A stretch of 64,000 nt of DNA from Octopus sinensis (taxonomy: Eukaryota), in the NCBI RefSeq assembly GCF_006345805.1, contig NC_043017.1, forward strand, positions 32,798,001-32,862,000, written 5' to 3'. The translations under genes and the position numbers were made by a program. Below are positions 36,864-48,605 of the stretch, one piece after another; the first letter of the stretch is position 1, and the number at the start of each line of letters is the position of its first letter. The notes beneath the pieces were generated by a model. The model saw only the letters and a program-made list of their open reading frames with translations. It searched no databases and was not told where the DNA came from.

Positions 36864-37205
36864 AAATACAATTGCAGCGTGGAAGGTGTTTAGAAGCCAT
36901 TTAAGAAACACAAAAACCGTACAATTCACTTCAACATTTAAATTTAATTTGTCAAAATATTTTCGTCACTTTGAGACCCCGACCTCTTCACTGACAAAAC
37001 TTCGTGCTAGCACTTTTCAGTGAACAGGTTGCGGTCTCAAACCGACGAAAATATTTTGACAAATTAAATTTAAATGTTGAAGTGAATCTAACGGTTTTGT
37101 GTGTTTCTTAAATGGCTTATAAACACCTTCCATGCTGCAATTGTTTTTGTTCCAGCACACGATCTCAGATCAGGTCACTTGCTATGCAAGTACATCTCTG
37201 TACAC
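36864..37205. mobile_element. Foldback element (~130-bp arms) with a one-sided tail and degenerate hammerhead-like motifs
   Basis: 36864-36998 is inverted at 37014-37148; the tail runs to ~37205. Confidence 0.8.
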
Positions 37206-37483
37206 AAATATATTTTCAGAAAAACTATAGCATGAAAATATCTGTTCTGTGAAAATGTATTTTTATTTTCATACACGTAAATACACAAAATAAAACTATT
37301 TATCCCTTGTTTACCTTGTTCTAATAAAATGGAAAATGCGATGTATGTAAAAGTTTAATGCCTTTTAAACCTTTTCTCAGCGTTTTTACTCTTACATATA
37401 AATATTTTTATGTTCCTTTAAAATAGAAACAATTTTACGTTAATCTGATGAGTTATTCTATACTTTTGTAAAGTACAAATTTA

Positions 37484-37588
37484 TTATTCTTAAACAAGAA
37501 TATTGTCAATAGTGACTTCGAAGTTGCAGTGAGCTAAGCATCATTGGACTTCCAAGTCACTATCAACAAAATTCTTGTTTAAGAATAA
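37484..37588. repeat. Short inverted repeat (~41-bp arms), MITE-like
   Basis: TTATTCTTAAACAAGAAT...AGTGACTT / AAGTCACT...ATTCTTGTTTAAGAATAA. Confidence 0.7.
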
Positions 37589-37953
37589 TGTGTGTGTGTG
37601 TGTGTGTGTGTATTGTGGCACTCTGTCGGTTACAATGATGAGGATTCTAGTTGACTTGATCAATGGAATGGAACTGCTCATGAAATTAACGTGCAAGTGG
37701 CTGAGCACTCCACAGACATGTGTACTCTTAACGTAGTTCTTGGGGATTCAGTCAGGTGTCATAGGCTGACTTGTGTCTATAGCAGAGGACCTTTCCCAAG
37801 AAGTCATCTGGATTCACAGCAAAATCTTGACTTCGTGTTCTTTTAGAGAAACCCATTTGGTTGCAACCACTCAAATTTGGTATCCACAATCTTCCTCCTT
37901 TTCTCCATCTGTCATGGAAGCTTGAAAAAAGTCCATTGGAATGCTCCTTCTTC

Positions 37954-39404
37954 CTAACCATTTTTGATGCCAACCCAAACTGCCTCTGGCTCTGTTGTAC
38001 AAATGTCTTGTTTTCATAAGTTTTGGATTAAAATCTTCCACCAAAATTTAGTCACAATTTATGTTCCTAACACTAGCTTAATGATAACTAAGCTATTTCA
38101 CTAAATTCTTTGTTATATTTAAAATTAATTGAAAGAAACACAGAGCATCTCAACAGAAATATGGTAACGAAAGGGTTAAGAAGAAAAATAATCAGCAGAA
38201 GACATGAGAGAAGGAGAACTCAATATGGTCACTCTATATGCTAGAAATAATAACCTAAATTTCCTTCAACCCACACCCTTACAACTACTTCTAATGTGCA
38301 TCTGCCCAAATGTAAAGGCGTGTTTAACCCTTTTGATACCAACCTGGCTAAAACCACCTCTGGCTCTGTTTTCATAAGTTTTGAATTAAAATCTTCCACC
38401 AAAACTTAGTCACAATTTATGTTCCTAACACTAGCTTAATGGTAACTAAGCTATTTCACTAAATTCTTTGTTATATTTAAAATAATTGAAAGAAACACAG
38501 AGCATCTCAACAGAATTATAGTAACGAAAGGGTTAAGTCATGGCTAAAATTGAAACAGACCTAATTAGGTCTGAAGAAGTTATCAAATTCTTAGAACTCC
38601 ATATACGGAATTATGTAAAACCTTTAGTATTAATATAACTCAACTAACAAATAAAATCAGGTATATCTCATCCCCTTAACCCTTTTGATACCAACCCGGC
38701 TGAAACTGGCTCTGGCTCTGAGTACAAATGTCTTGTTTTCATAAGTTTCAAATCAAAATCTTCCACCAAACCTTAGTCACAATTTATGTTCCTAACACGA
38801 ACTTGATGATAACTGAGTTATTTTACTAAATTCTTTGTTATATTTAAAATTAATTGAAAGGAAACAGAGCATCTCAACAGAAATATGGTAACAAAAGGGT
38901 TAAGATATATAATAGAGAAACAATTCTTAATGCTTTTGATACCAACCTGCCTGAAACTGCCTCTGGCTCTGAGTACAAATGTCTTGTTTTCAAAGTTTTG
39001 AATTAAATTCTTCCACCAAACCTTAGTCACAATTTATGTTCCTAACACTAACTTGATGATAACTAGGTTATTTTACTAAATTCTTTGTTATATTTAAAAT
39101 TAATTGAAAGGAAACAGAGCATCTCAACAGAAATATGGTAACAAAAGGGTTAAGGTATATAATAGAGAAACAATTCTTAATGCTTTTGATACCAACCTGC
39201 CTGAAACTGCCTCTGGCTCTGAGTACAAATGTCTTGTTTTCAAAGTTTTGAATTAAATTCTTCCACCAAACCTTAGTCACAATTTATGTTCCTAACACTA
39301 ACTTGATGATAACTAGGTTATTTTACTAAATTCTTTGTTATATTTAAAATTAATTGAAAGAGACGCAGAGCATCTCAAAATAAATCCAGTAGCAAAAGGG
39401 TTAA
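37954..39404 (+). mobile_element. Cluster of five piggyBac-type MITEs (~215-230 bp)
   Basis: TTAA-CCCTT...AAGGG-TTAA ends; copies at 37954-38179, 38324-38536, 38676-38903, 38927-39153 and 39177-39404. Confidence 0.8.
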
Positions 39405-40453
39405 TCTGTTTCTTCCTCATAGCTTCTGCCTCTCTACAGCATTCATTAAACCCCACAACAATTACTCCAGTCTTGTTGTAGACTGCCATGACACAAGGAT
39501 TGTTGGAGAGCAGGTCTACTGCCCGTCATTCGTATTATAAGCCACCTGGACCAGTCTGGTAGTAAGCCAAGACGAATGACCAGGATTACAGCTAAATCCT
39601 GCTATTTTTAACTTAATAAGCAGTCTCTTATTTTTGATAATGATGTGTTTCTAAAATATATAAAATGATTCACACACACATATATATATACACACATATT
39701 TATATAAAGGAACGTTCACAATAAAAGATTATAGCAAAATTTAAAAAAAAAAGATTATATATCATTTAAATGTTAAATCTACTTCTGATTTACTGTATTT
39801 AAGTGAGATAGCAAGAGGCAATCACTTCTATATTTCTCGAGGAATATTTAAGTGATTTCTCCGTCTATATTTCTCTAAACATTTCCTTTAAAAATTTCTA
39901 TCTATAGCATAATGACGAATCATTGTTGACAGTTGTCGTTGAAAGGTTTGGCACTATAAGTGTCTTTTCAAATTCAGATTGAAGAAGCATTACTTTACAT
40001 CCATTTCCTGACAGAAATTATGGCGAGTCGTTGTTGTTGTTGTTGTTGTTGCTGTTGATTAAAACCCTGCTTTGATTAAGAAGACCTCTGATTAAGAAGA
40101 CCTCTGATCAAGAATGTTCCAGTCATGAAAAGTCTTTACCTTTTTTTTTTATTATTATTTAGAATATCATCCAATGTTTTCTTCCAATAGGTTCAGTTAC
40201 TATCTTTATCTTTTGCTGGTTTCACTTTTACTGGACTGTGGCCATGCTGGGGCACCACCTTGAAGTACTTAGTAGAACAAATTACTCGAGTACTTAAGTC
40301 TGGTACCTATTTTATCAGTCGCTTTTGTTGAACCATGAAGTTATGGGGACATAAACTAACACTTGTGAAGCAGTTGGCTAACCAAAGTCTTGTGAGTGGA
40401 TTTGATAGATGGAAACTGAAAGAAGCCTGTAATTTATATATATACATACATAT

Positions 40454-40504
<51 letters not shown>

Positions 40505-40530
40505 TATGTATGTATGTATATATGTATATG

Positions 40531-40790
40531 CGGAGGCGCGTGGCTTAGTGGTTAGGATGTCAGCACCATGATCGTAAGATTGTGGTTTCGATTCCTGGAC
40601 CGGGCGACGCGTTGTGTTCTTGAGCAAATCACTTCATTTCATGTTGCTCCAGTCCACTCAGCTGGCAAAAATGAGAAACGCTGCGATGGACTGGCGTCCC
40701 ATCCAGTTGGGGAACACATGCGCCATAGAAACTGGGAAACTGGGTCCATGAGCCTGGCTAGGCTTTAAAAGGGCACATTTATTTTATCTT
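40531..40790 (+). mobile_element. tRNA-derived SINE with a V-domain-like segment
   Basis: A-box TGGCTTAGTGG, B-box-like GTTTCGATTCC, GCGATGGACTGGCGTCCCATCCAG, (TTTAT)n tail. Confidence 0.7.
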
Positions 40791-40797
40791 ATATTAG

Positions 40798-40828
<31 letters not shown>

Positions 40829-41605
40829 ATAGCTATGTATGCATGCATGTATTTGTGTGTGTGTGTTTGTCTCACCACCATTGGTTGACAACTGATGCTG
40901 GTGTGTTTATGTCCCTGTAACTTAGCGGTTCGGCAAAAAGAGACTACCTGAATAAGTACTAGGCTTACAAAGAATAAGTCCCGGGGTAGATTCGTTCAAC
41001 TAAAATCTCTGAAGGTGGTACTCCATATATCAAAGGAATGTAGAAACTTTGAGGCAATTCATTTTTCTTTTATTTTTTATTGCAGAAACTCGAAGCAGAT
41101 AAAGCTATAAATAATCCTTACTGCTCCAGGCACATGACCTGAGATCTTAGAGCAGTGGGCTAATCGATTACACTGACTGGTACTTATTTTATTGACTCTG
41201 AAAGGATGAAAGGTAAAGTCACCTGTAGCTGAATTTGAACTCGGAACATAAAGACGAATGAAAGGCTGCTAAGTATTTGGTTCTGCAGGGCCAACAATTC
41301 TGCCAGCTCACTGCCTAAAGCTATTGGGTTGTCCGGAAAGTTCATGCCAATTTATAGCGGTTAACCTTTCTAGCCAAGCCTAGAGGAGAAGATGTCATGC
41401 TGTGAGGGGGGAACCCCTAAACTGCTATGGTACAGAGTGCTTCCTGAAACCACAGCTATATCTCTACCTAAGTTACTTATTTCAAGACACCTGCTTTAAT
41501 CCTGTATTCTTGATAGAAATAATGGTTTCTGTGAATAAAATATATACATTCTATATTGAAGTGTTTTAACAGACAAACTGTGCCGTTGCTTGTACAATCA
41601 AAGGT

Positions 41606-41832
41606 TTAACCCTTCGTTACTGTATTTCTTTTGAGATGCTCTGTGTTTCTTTCAGTTACTTTAATTATAACAAAGAATTTAGTAAAATAACTTAGTTATC
41701 ATTCAACTAGTGTTAGGAACATAAATTGTGACTAAGGTTTGGTGGAAGATTTTAATCGAAAACTTATGAAAACAAGACATTTGTACTCAGAACCAGAGCT
41801 GGTTTCAGTCAGGCTGGTAACGAAAGGGTTAA
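41606..41832 (-). mobile_element. piggyBac-type MITE (sixth copy, inverted)
   Basis: TTAACCCTT...AAGGGTTAA; reverse complement of the 38-39 kb copies. Confidence 0.85.
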
Positions 41833-42240
41833 GATATGTGGCATTAAGTCAACCTTGATATATCAAACATAGGATCACAGGCATTCCAGCCTTGACCACC
41901 CATGTCTTACCAATGTTGTGAGGACCTAGATCTCATACTATCTAACGTGTCCTTCTCCAAAATTGTAGGGTTTGAAGTGAGGGAGATTTGGTGCTATTTC
42001 TTGCAGACAGAACAACCACATAAAACCTCTCTTGTTAGCTCACCATTATATGTTGAATAAATAAGTATTAAGTAATGATTTGAGCTTACTTCTATTGGAA
42101 GAAAAAAAGCTGTACGTGTATTTTGAACATGACTTGTTGTTTCTAAAGGAAGATAACATAATTACACACAAACAAATAACAGAAAAAGATTATGACTGCT
42201 TTGTGAAAAATGGCAACGAGTTATTAGCAAATTTTACCCA

Positions 42241-42412
42241 AGGCGCAGGAGTGGCTGTGTGGTAAGTAGCTTGCTTACCAACCACATGGTTCCGGGTTCA
42301 GTCCCACTGCGTGGCATCTTGGGCAAGTGTCTTCTGCTATAGCCCCAGGCCGACCAATGCCTTGTGAGTGGATTTGGTAGACAGAAACTGAAAGAAGCCT
42401 GTCATATATATG

Positions 42413-42445
<33 letters not shown>

Positions 42446-42676
42446 TTGTGTGTTTGTGTGTCTGTGTTTGTCCCTCTAGCATTGCTTGACAACCGATGCT
42501 GGTGTGTTTACGTCCCCATAACCTAGCGGTTCGGCAAAAGAGACCGATAGAATAAGTACTGGGCTTACAAAGAATAAGTCCCAGGGTCGATTTGTTTGAC
42601 TAAAGGCGGTGCTCCAGCATGGCCACAGTCAAATAACTGAAACAAGTAAAAGAGTAAAAGAGAGTAAAAGAGTAAG
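42241..42676 (+). mobile_element. SINE family A
   Basis: Full length. Confidence 0.9.
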
Positions 42677-43159
42677 GGAGGATACAAATCAAAGGAAAAT
42701 TTTAACAGTTCCATAACAAGTGTGGATGTGTGGCTAAGACGATTCCTTTGCAATGTATGGTTTCATGTTCAATCCCACTGCACAGCAAATTGGGCAAGGG
42801 GGTTTTCTACTAGAACCCCAATGCTAACTATTGACTTGTGAGTGAATTTTGTAGATGGAAACTGTGTGGAAACCCACTCGTGTGTGTATCATCTTGTTTG
42901 TATTTGTCCAGCACCACCATCACTCAACAATTGGTGTTGTTTCATTTATGTCCTTGTAACTTAGTATTTCAGCAAGAGAGTAACAAAATTAGTACTGGAG
43001 TTGATTTAATTTAGCTAAACTCCAGCATGGTCACAACTGAATGTCTGAAACAAGTTGAGATTAAACATACTTCTAATCAAACAGTCTGTTTATATTTTAA
43101 TTAATCTTGAAAATATTTGGAACGATATTGTAAAATATTTTTTTTTTTTAATTATTTAT

Positions 43160-43290
43160 TGATATATGAATATAACTCACAAAAGATATTTACATAACAT
43201 TTTGAAAAGTTTTAATTTAAAAATGAATATTCAAAACGAATGCAAGTTGATATTAAAAGGGTGAAATTTTAAGAATTATGCAACCGAATT
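43160..43290 (+). repeat. Unclassified AT-rich dispersed repeat, second copy at ~46016-46148
   Basis: TGATATATGAATATAACT...TTTAAGAATTATGCAACC is present twice. Confidence 0.7.
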
Positions 43291-43778
43291 GAGAGAAGGA
43301 AAAAATTTCATCCTCCATGTAAACTAAATGCAAACTAAATTTTAAATCAATGTTAATAAAGACCATTTCATTGTTAAATTATGCAGTGAGTCTCACATTA
43401 ATGTGTTAAACTACAAACAACATTTTTAACAGTTTAACCCTGCCTCAATGATATGTTTTACCATATTCCTTAAAAGAGTGCAAACTGGAATTCATTGTCT
43501 GGGTAGCAATAGGAAAAGGAAAAGCATTGCTGTAAACATATTTAATGTATGAAAAATGTCCATATACACACATATACATACAAATGTATACATGTGTATG
43601 TGTAAGTATATGTATATAGTTTGCCATATTTCATTTCATAACGGCTACCTCTCAAGAGCGTAGGGTTACATAATCAGATTGTTGCCTAACACTCTGCTGA
43701 ACCCCTGATATTAAACTGATTGGTAAGATTGACCATAATGGGAATATAATACTGTACATTTTGATTAATATATATATA

Positions 43779-43945
43779 TAGGCACAGGAGTGGCTGTGTG
43801 GTAAGTAGCTTCCTAACCAACCACATGGTTCCGGGTTCAGTCCCACTGCATGGCATCTTGGGCAAGTGTCTTCTGCTATAGCCCTGGGCCGACCAATGCC
43901 TTGTGAGTGAATTTGGTAGATGGAAACTGAAAGAAGCCTGTCGTA

Positions 43946-43993
<48 letters not shown>

Positions 43994-44228
43994 CATGTGT
44001 GTGTGTGTGTTTGTGTGTCTGTGTTTGTCCCCCTAGCATTGCTTGACAACTGATGCTGGTGTGTTTACGTCCCCGTCACTTAGCGGTTCAGCAAAAGAGA
44101 CCGATAGAATAAGTACTGGGCTTACAAAGAATAAGTCCCGGGGTCGATTTGCTCGAATAAAGGCGGTGCTCCAGCATGACCGCAATCAAATGACTGAAAC
44201 AAGTAAAAGAGTAAAAGAGAAAAGAGTA
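43779..44228 (+). mobile_element. SINE family A
   Basis: Full length. Confidence 0.9.
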
Positions 44229-44262
<34 letters not shown>

Positions 44263-44997
44263 CTAATATAGGATAAAATTTTTCGAAAAAAATTCTATCA
44301 ATGGCCAGCATATTAAAAAATATCTTTAAAGGTTAAATTTATAAACAACTTATAAACAAGGGCAAAAGGAAAAAAATTCTAATGCTAAATATGCTGAAAA
44401 TAGACAAATCGTATATGGTTATTATTCCGGGATGGGGTCCCCCCCTCACTCTACCCTCCTTTTTCCTGAACCAAAATAAGGGATTTGCAACATATTAGGC
44501 AGCCAGGGTACTTGATTCCGCACAAAATATCCAAGTTTTTTTCCTTTTCTTAGTGAAAATCTTGTGGGTGTTAATCTAAAAACTTACCCTTTGTTTTTCT
44601 TTATCACCATTGCTAGACAGGGGACTTAACTCATGTTAGCAAACTTACAGATTTCACCAATGTGCAAATTGGTAAAAGTTATGGTTGAAAATTGATTTTT
44701 ACCACTATCCGCAAGTGCCTCAAGGAAGATTAGTTGACTAAAACACAGCCTTTGTCATGGCCAATGTCCTCCTAAAATTGGAACGACATTCATGCTCATT
44801 TGTGGACATGCATAAATTACATTCACTACACACACACACATCCTACCTTTTATATATATATATATATATATAAAATTAAACAATTTAGGAATGGCCTTAA
44901 TAGGCCATTCGTCCACTAGAAAGAGCAGCCATAACTCAAACCGCTAAGTAGTAATTCAGAAATTGGGTGAAAATTTAAAAACGTTTACCCTAATTCA

Positions 44998-45096
44998 TCT
45001 TTATACGATGCATCGTTTCGGTGTTTTTAATGGTAAACTAGCTTAATTAAATTAAATTAAGTCAATCTACCATGGGTTACACTTCATCAGTAAAGA
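44998..45096 (-). ncRNA. Candidate type I hammerhead ribozyme HH6
   Basis: TCTTTA-CTGATGA-A-GTGT...ACAC-C-GAAACGATGCATCGTA-TAAAGA; 6-bp stem I, stem II extended by TGGTAGA/TTTACCA and CTTAATT/AATTAAG, 12-nt palindromic stem III, GUA site. Confidence 0.72.
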
Positions 45097-45280
45097 AACC
45101 GGGAGAGACAAATATACACGAGGCGTCTGTATCAAAGCCTTCAGAATATCTGTCTTAAAATTTTCAAGACCATCGTATTCGCGCCAACTTATCAGCAGTA
45201 AATATAAACTGCCGATTCAATCTCAGAATTAGTCAGAAAATTATCAATTAATCAATTATATATATATATATCAATTAATC

Positions 45281-45315
<35 letters not shown>

Positions 45316-45477
45316 AGGCATACTTGCCATTTCAATATGGCTAATCACTAAGAGTGGGTGTTACTGTAGCTTGTAGCCCCATGAGAACATCGTCTCCAGC
45401 TGGCTTTAGGCACACTTTCTGTGCCCTTATGGTATTTGCAAAGGGAGGTCATCCTTCCCTCGTCAACCTAAGTATAT

Positions 45478-45783
45478 ATATAAAACATTACTTTATATAA
45501 TTAGGGTTCAGCAAAAAAATTTACTTTACCACACACTGAACTTCTAGAAATAGCAGCCATGAGTATACATTGTCTGGGAGACTCTTCTTATAGAAGAGGA
45601 AATAGCTAAATTCTTTGGCTGCTATTTCTAAAAGTTCGGTGTGTGGTAAAGTAAATTTTTTTGCTGAACCCTAATTATATAAAGTAATGTTTTAAATATA
45701 CCGTAAATGGTCTTTTTACATACTGAACACTACTTGGTAAAATTATTAATTACTAATTAATTAATTTTACCCTTATTATTATT

Positions 45784-45790
<7 letters not shown>
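45478..45790. mobile_element. (TA)n-flanked foldback with one-sided tail (related to 5720-6090)
   Basis: Arms ~45478-45560 / 45616-45700; same CCGTAAATGGTC...TTATTGAC tail. Confidence 0.8.
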
Positions 45791-45841
<51 letters not shown>

Positions 45842-46684
45842 TTATATATATATTCTCATATGTGTATATGTATGTGTATACATATATAGTTGGCATCCTT
45901 TTTGTCTCGGGAGACAATGGAGTTGCGCATAAAGTAGTCTAGTCCGGCTTCTACATTTCATGTCCTGATACATTTCCTGCTGTGGCTGTGTAGTCCTATC
46001 CTGGACAAACACTATTGATATATGAATATAACTAACAAAAGATATTTACATAACATTTTGAAAAGTTTTAATTTAAAAATGAATATTCAAAACGAATACA
46101 AGTTGATATTAAAAGGGTGAAATTTTAAGAATTATGCAACCAAATTGAAATTTGCTTGCTTGCTTACAATGTTACACAGCCAAACTGGCACATAATGGGA
46201 AAATACTATGAATCAAAGCTCTCCTGAAATGTGAATACAAACAGAATAAAACAAGTTTCATGTAAATCAGACAACTGGTTATTGGGATATTAGAAGTTTT
46301 GGGGTACAGATACCTAAAACGGTGCATAATGGGGAAAATACACAGAAAATAATGTTACCCTGAAAGGGAAGAAACCCTAACCTTTCGATTAGACACATTA
46401 TGATTAATTTACCAAGGAAATAATACAAGTTGATTTTACAGTAAGTGTTTTTATTTTTGCTTTTGTTAAACACAATATTTTAATCATTTAGAAATATTTT
46501 TAAGTGAATGGGATTTCAAAAAAATGTAAGTTACTTGAATAGTAAGTATTTTAGCTTTCTTTAAACAGACAATATTTTAATTTTTTTGAAAATTATTTTC
46601 AAGTGAATACAATGACAAATTTTTTTTTGACATATTTAAAAAAAAATTTTTAAGTGAAAATGTCTTTAAAGATACAGTAAATAC

Positions 46685-47082
46685 AGGCGCAGGAATGGCT
46701 GTGTGGTAAGTAGCTTGCTTACCAATCACGTGGTTCCGGGTTCAATCCCCCTGCGTGGTACTTTGGGCAGGTGTTTTCTACTATAGCCTCGGGCCGACCA
46801 AAGCCTTGTGAGTGGATTTAGTAGACGGAAACTGAAAGAAGCCCGTCGAATATATGTATATGTATGTGTCTGTGTTTGTCTCCCCAACATCGCTTGACAA
46901 CCGATGCTGGTGTGTTTACGTCCCCGTAACTTAGCGGCTCGGCAAAGAGACCGATAGAATAAGTACTAGGCTTACAAAGAATTAGTCCTGGGGTAGATTT
47001 GCTCGACTAAAGGCGGTGCTCCAGCATGGCCACAGTCAAATGACTGAAACAAGTAAAAGAGTAAATGACTAAAAGAGTAAAT
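46685..47082 (+). mobile_element. SINE family A
   Basis: Full length. Confidence 0.9.
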
Positions 47083-47585
47083 ATTTCGTAAAAGACCCAT
47101 TCTAACCTCGGCATGAAATACTTTTTATTCATAGGTTTTTCAAGTGCATTCAATATATCTCACTTCCAAAGAATTGGCTGCTATTTCTAGCACGCCCTGC
47201 TACCACGTAACAGCTGCTTGGAAGAAAGGATCTGAAATAACTGTTGCATAGTAGCAGAGCATGCAAGAAATAGCAGCCAATTTTTTCCTGTTTTGGGGAA
47301 AGGAGCCGTTTATGTGTGATTTCGATGTAACATTTGTTGAAGGCATGCCTGGAAAAGAAAAATTAAACTACGAAACAAAAACTCCATTGGTGGGAAACTC
47401 CAAGGTCCCCCACCCACCCACTTTCTTTTCCAGAAGAAAGGGGTTTGTGGTAGGTTTGAAGGTGAGATACGTTGAATTCACTCAAAAAAATCTGTGGAAA
47501 AAATTATTTCACACTGAAGTTTGAACAGGTCCTTTACAAAGTATTTACCCAAGATTGGGACAGACATGTAAACAGAAGGATCAGT

Positions 47586-47745
47586 GAGATTGATAAAGCA
47601 AGGGCCGAGCATCTGGCAGAACAGAGGGGAAGAGACAAAAGCAGGAGAGATCAGGAATCGGATGCTCAGAAAGCTAAACGTCTGGCGAAACAGAAGGAAT
47701 GAGACAAAAGCAGGAGACATCATGAATTGGATGATCATATGGACA
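47586..47745 (+). pseudogene. Decayed STPR-like 23-aa repeat coding fragment (possibly Helitron-derived)
   Basis: EIDKARAEHLAEQRGRDKSRRDQ / ESDAQKAKRLAKQKE*DKSRRHH / ELDD: a 69-bp period with one in-frame stop. Confidence 0.5.
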
Positions 47746-47877
47746 CAAATGGAATAAAACAAGCTTCACATAAATCGGACGACGGGTTACCAAGATATGT
47801 GGGGTTTTTTAAGTACCTTGAACTATTGGTGACCCAATGTATTGCAGGTAGCCTTGAGTATACATATATATATATAT

Positions 47878-48147
47878 ATCATCATCATCATCATTTAATG
47901 TCCGTTTTCCATGCTAGCACAGGTTGGACCGTTCGACCGGGGTCTGGGAAGCCAGGAGGCAGCACCAGGCTCCAGTCTGATCTGGCAGTGTTTCTACAGC
48001 TGGATGCCCTTCCTAATGCCAACCACTCCGTGAGTGTAGTGGGTGTTTTTTACGTGCCACCAGCACAGGGGCCAGAGCGGACTGGCAAATGACCATGATC
48101 GGTTGGTGCTTTTACGTGTCACCGACACGGATGCCAGTCAGGCGACG

Positions 48148-48150
<3 letters not shown>
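47878..48150 (-). mobile_element. Family C 3' end
   Basis: Consensus match. Confidence 0.85.
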
Positions 48151-48207
<57 letters not shown>

Positions 48208-48504
48208 ATATATATATATACATATGTAAACACGCACATACATATACAGATAAGAGTATAACAAGAGTGAAAGAAAGCTAAGCTTCCTTATCAGATTATC
48301 AGTTTTCAACATGCTTCTGCCTGGTGGCAAATTTAGATATTTGTATATAAAGAGTGTGTGGGGCATAGCCTTGGCTTTTCCGTATATGATGAAAAAACTT
48401 AGATGATTTAATGAAAAACAACTATAATTCACCTTGATACAAATACGAGTTGTCAGTAGGCGAAACGAACAAAACAAATTTTTTTTAAAAATTACTGTGG
48501 ATTA

Positions 48505-48605
48505 ATAGTGTACTATAGTTTCGGGTTTAACTTGATAATTTTTTAAAAATTAGTTTTTTAAAAATTGATTTATTTAATTTACAAATGTACCTTCCTCAGC
48601 ACTAT
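48505..48605 (-). ncRNA. Candidate type I hammerhead ribozyme HH7
   Basis: ATAGTG-CTGAGGA-A-GGT...ACC-C-GAAACTATAGTA-CACTAT; canonical core, palindromic stem III ACTATAGT, GUA site, long AU-rich stem II. Confidence 0.72.

Noticed and set aside
37425-37460. GAAAC...GTT...CTGATGA (type II hammerhead order)
   Set aside because: Stem I is only 3 nt and stem II is absent.
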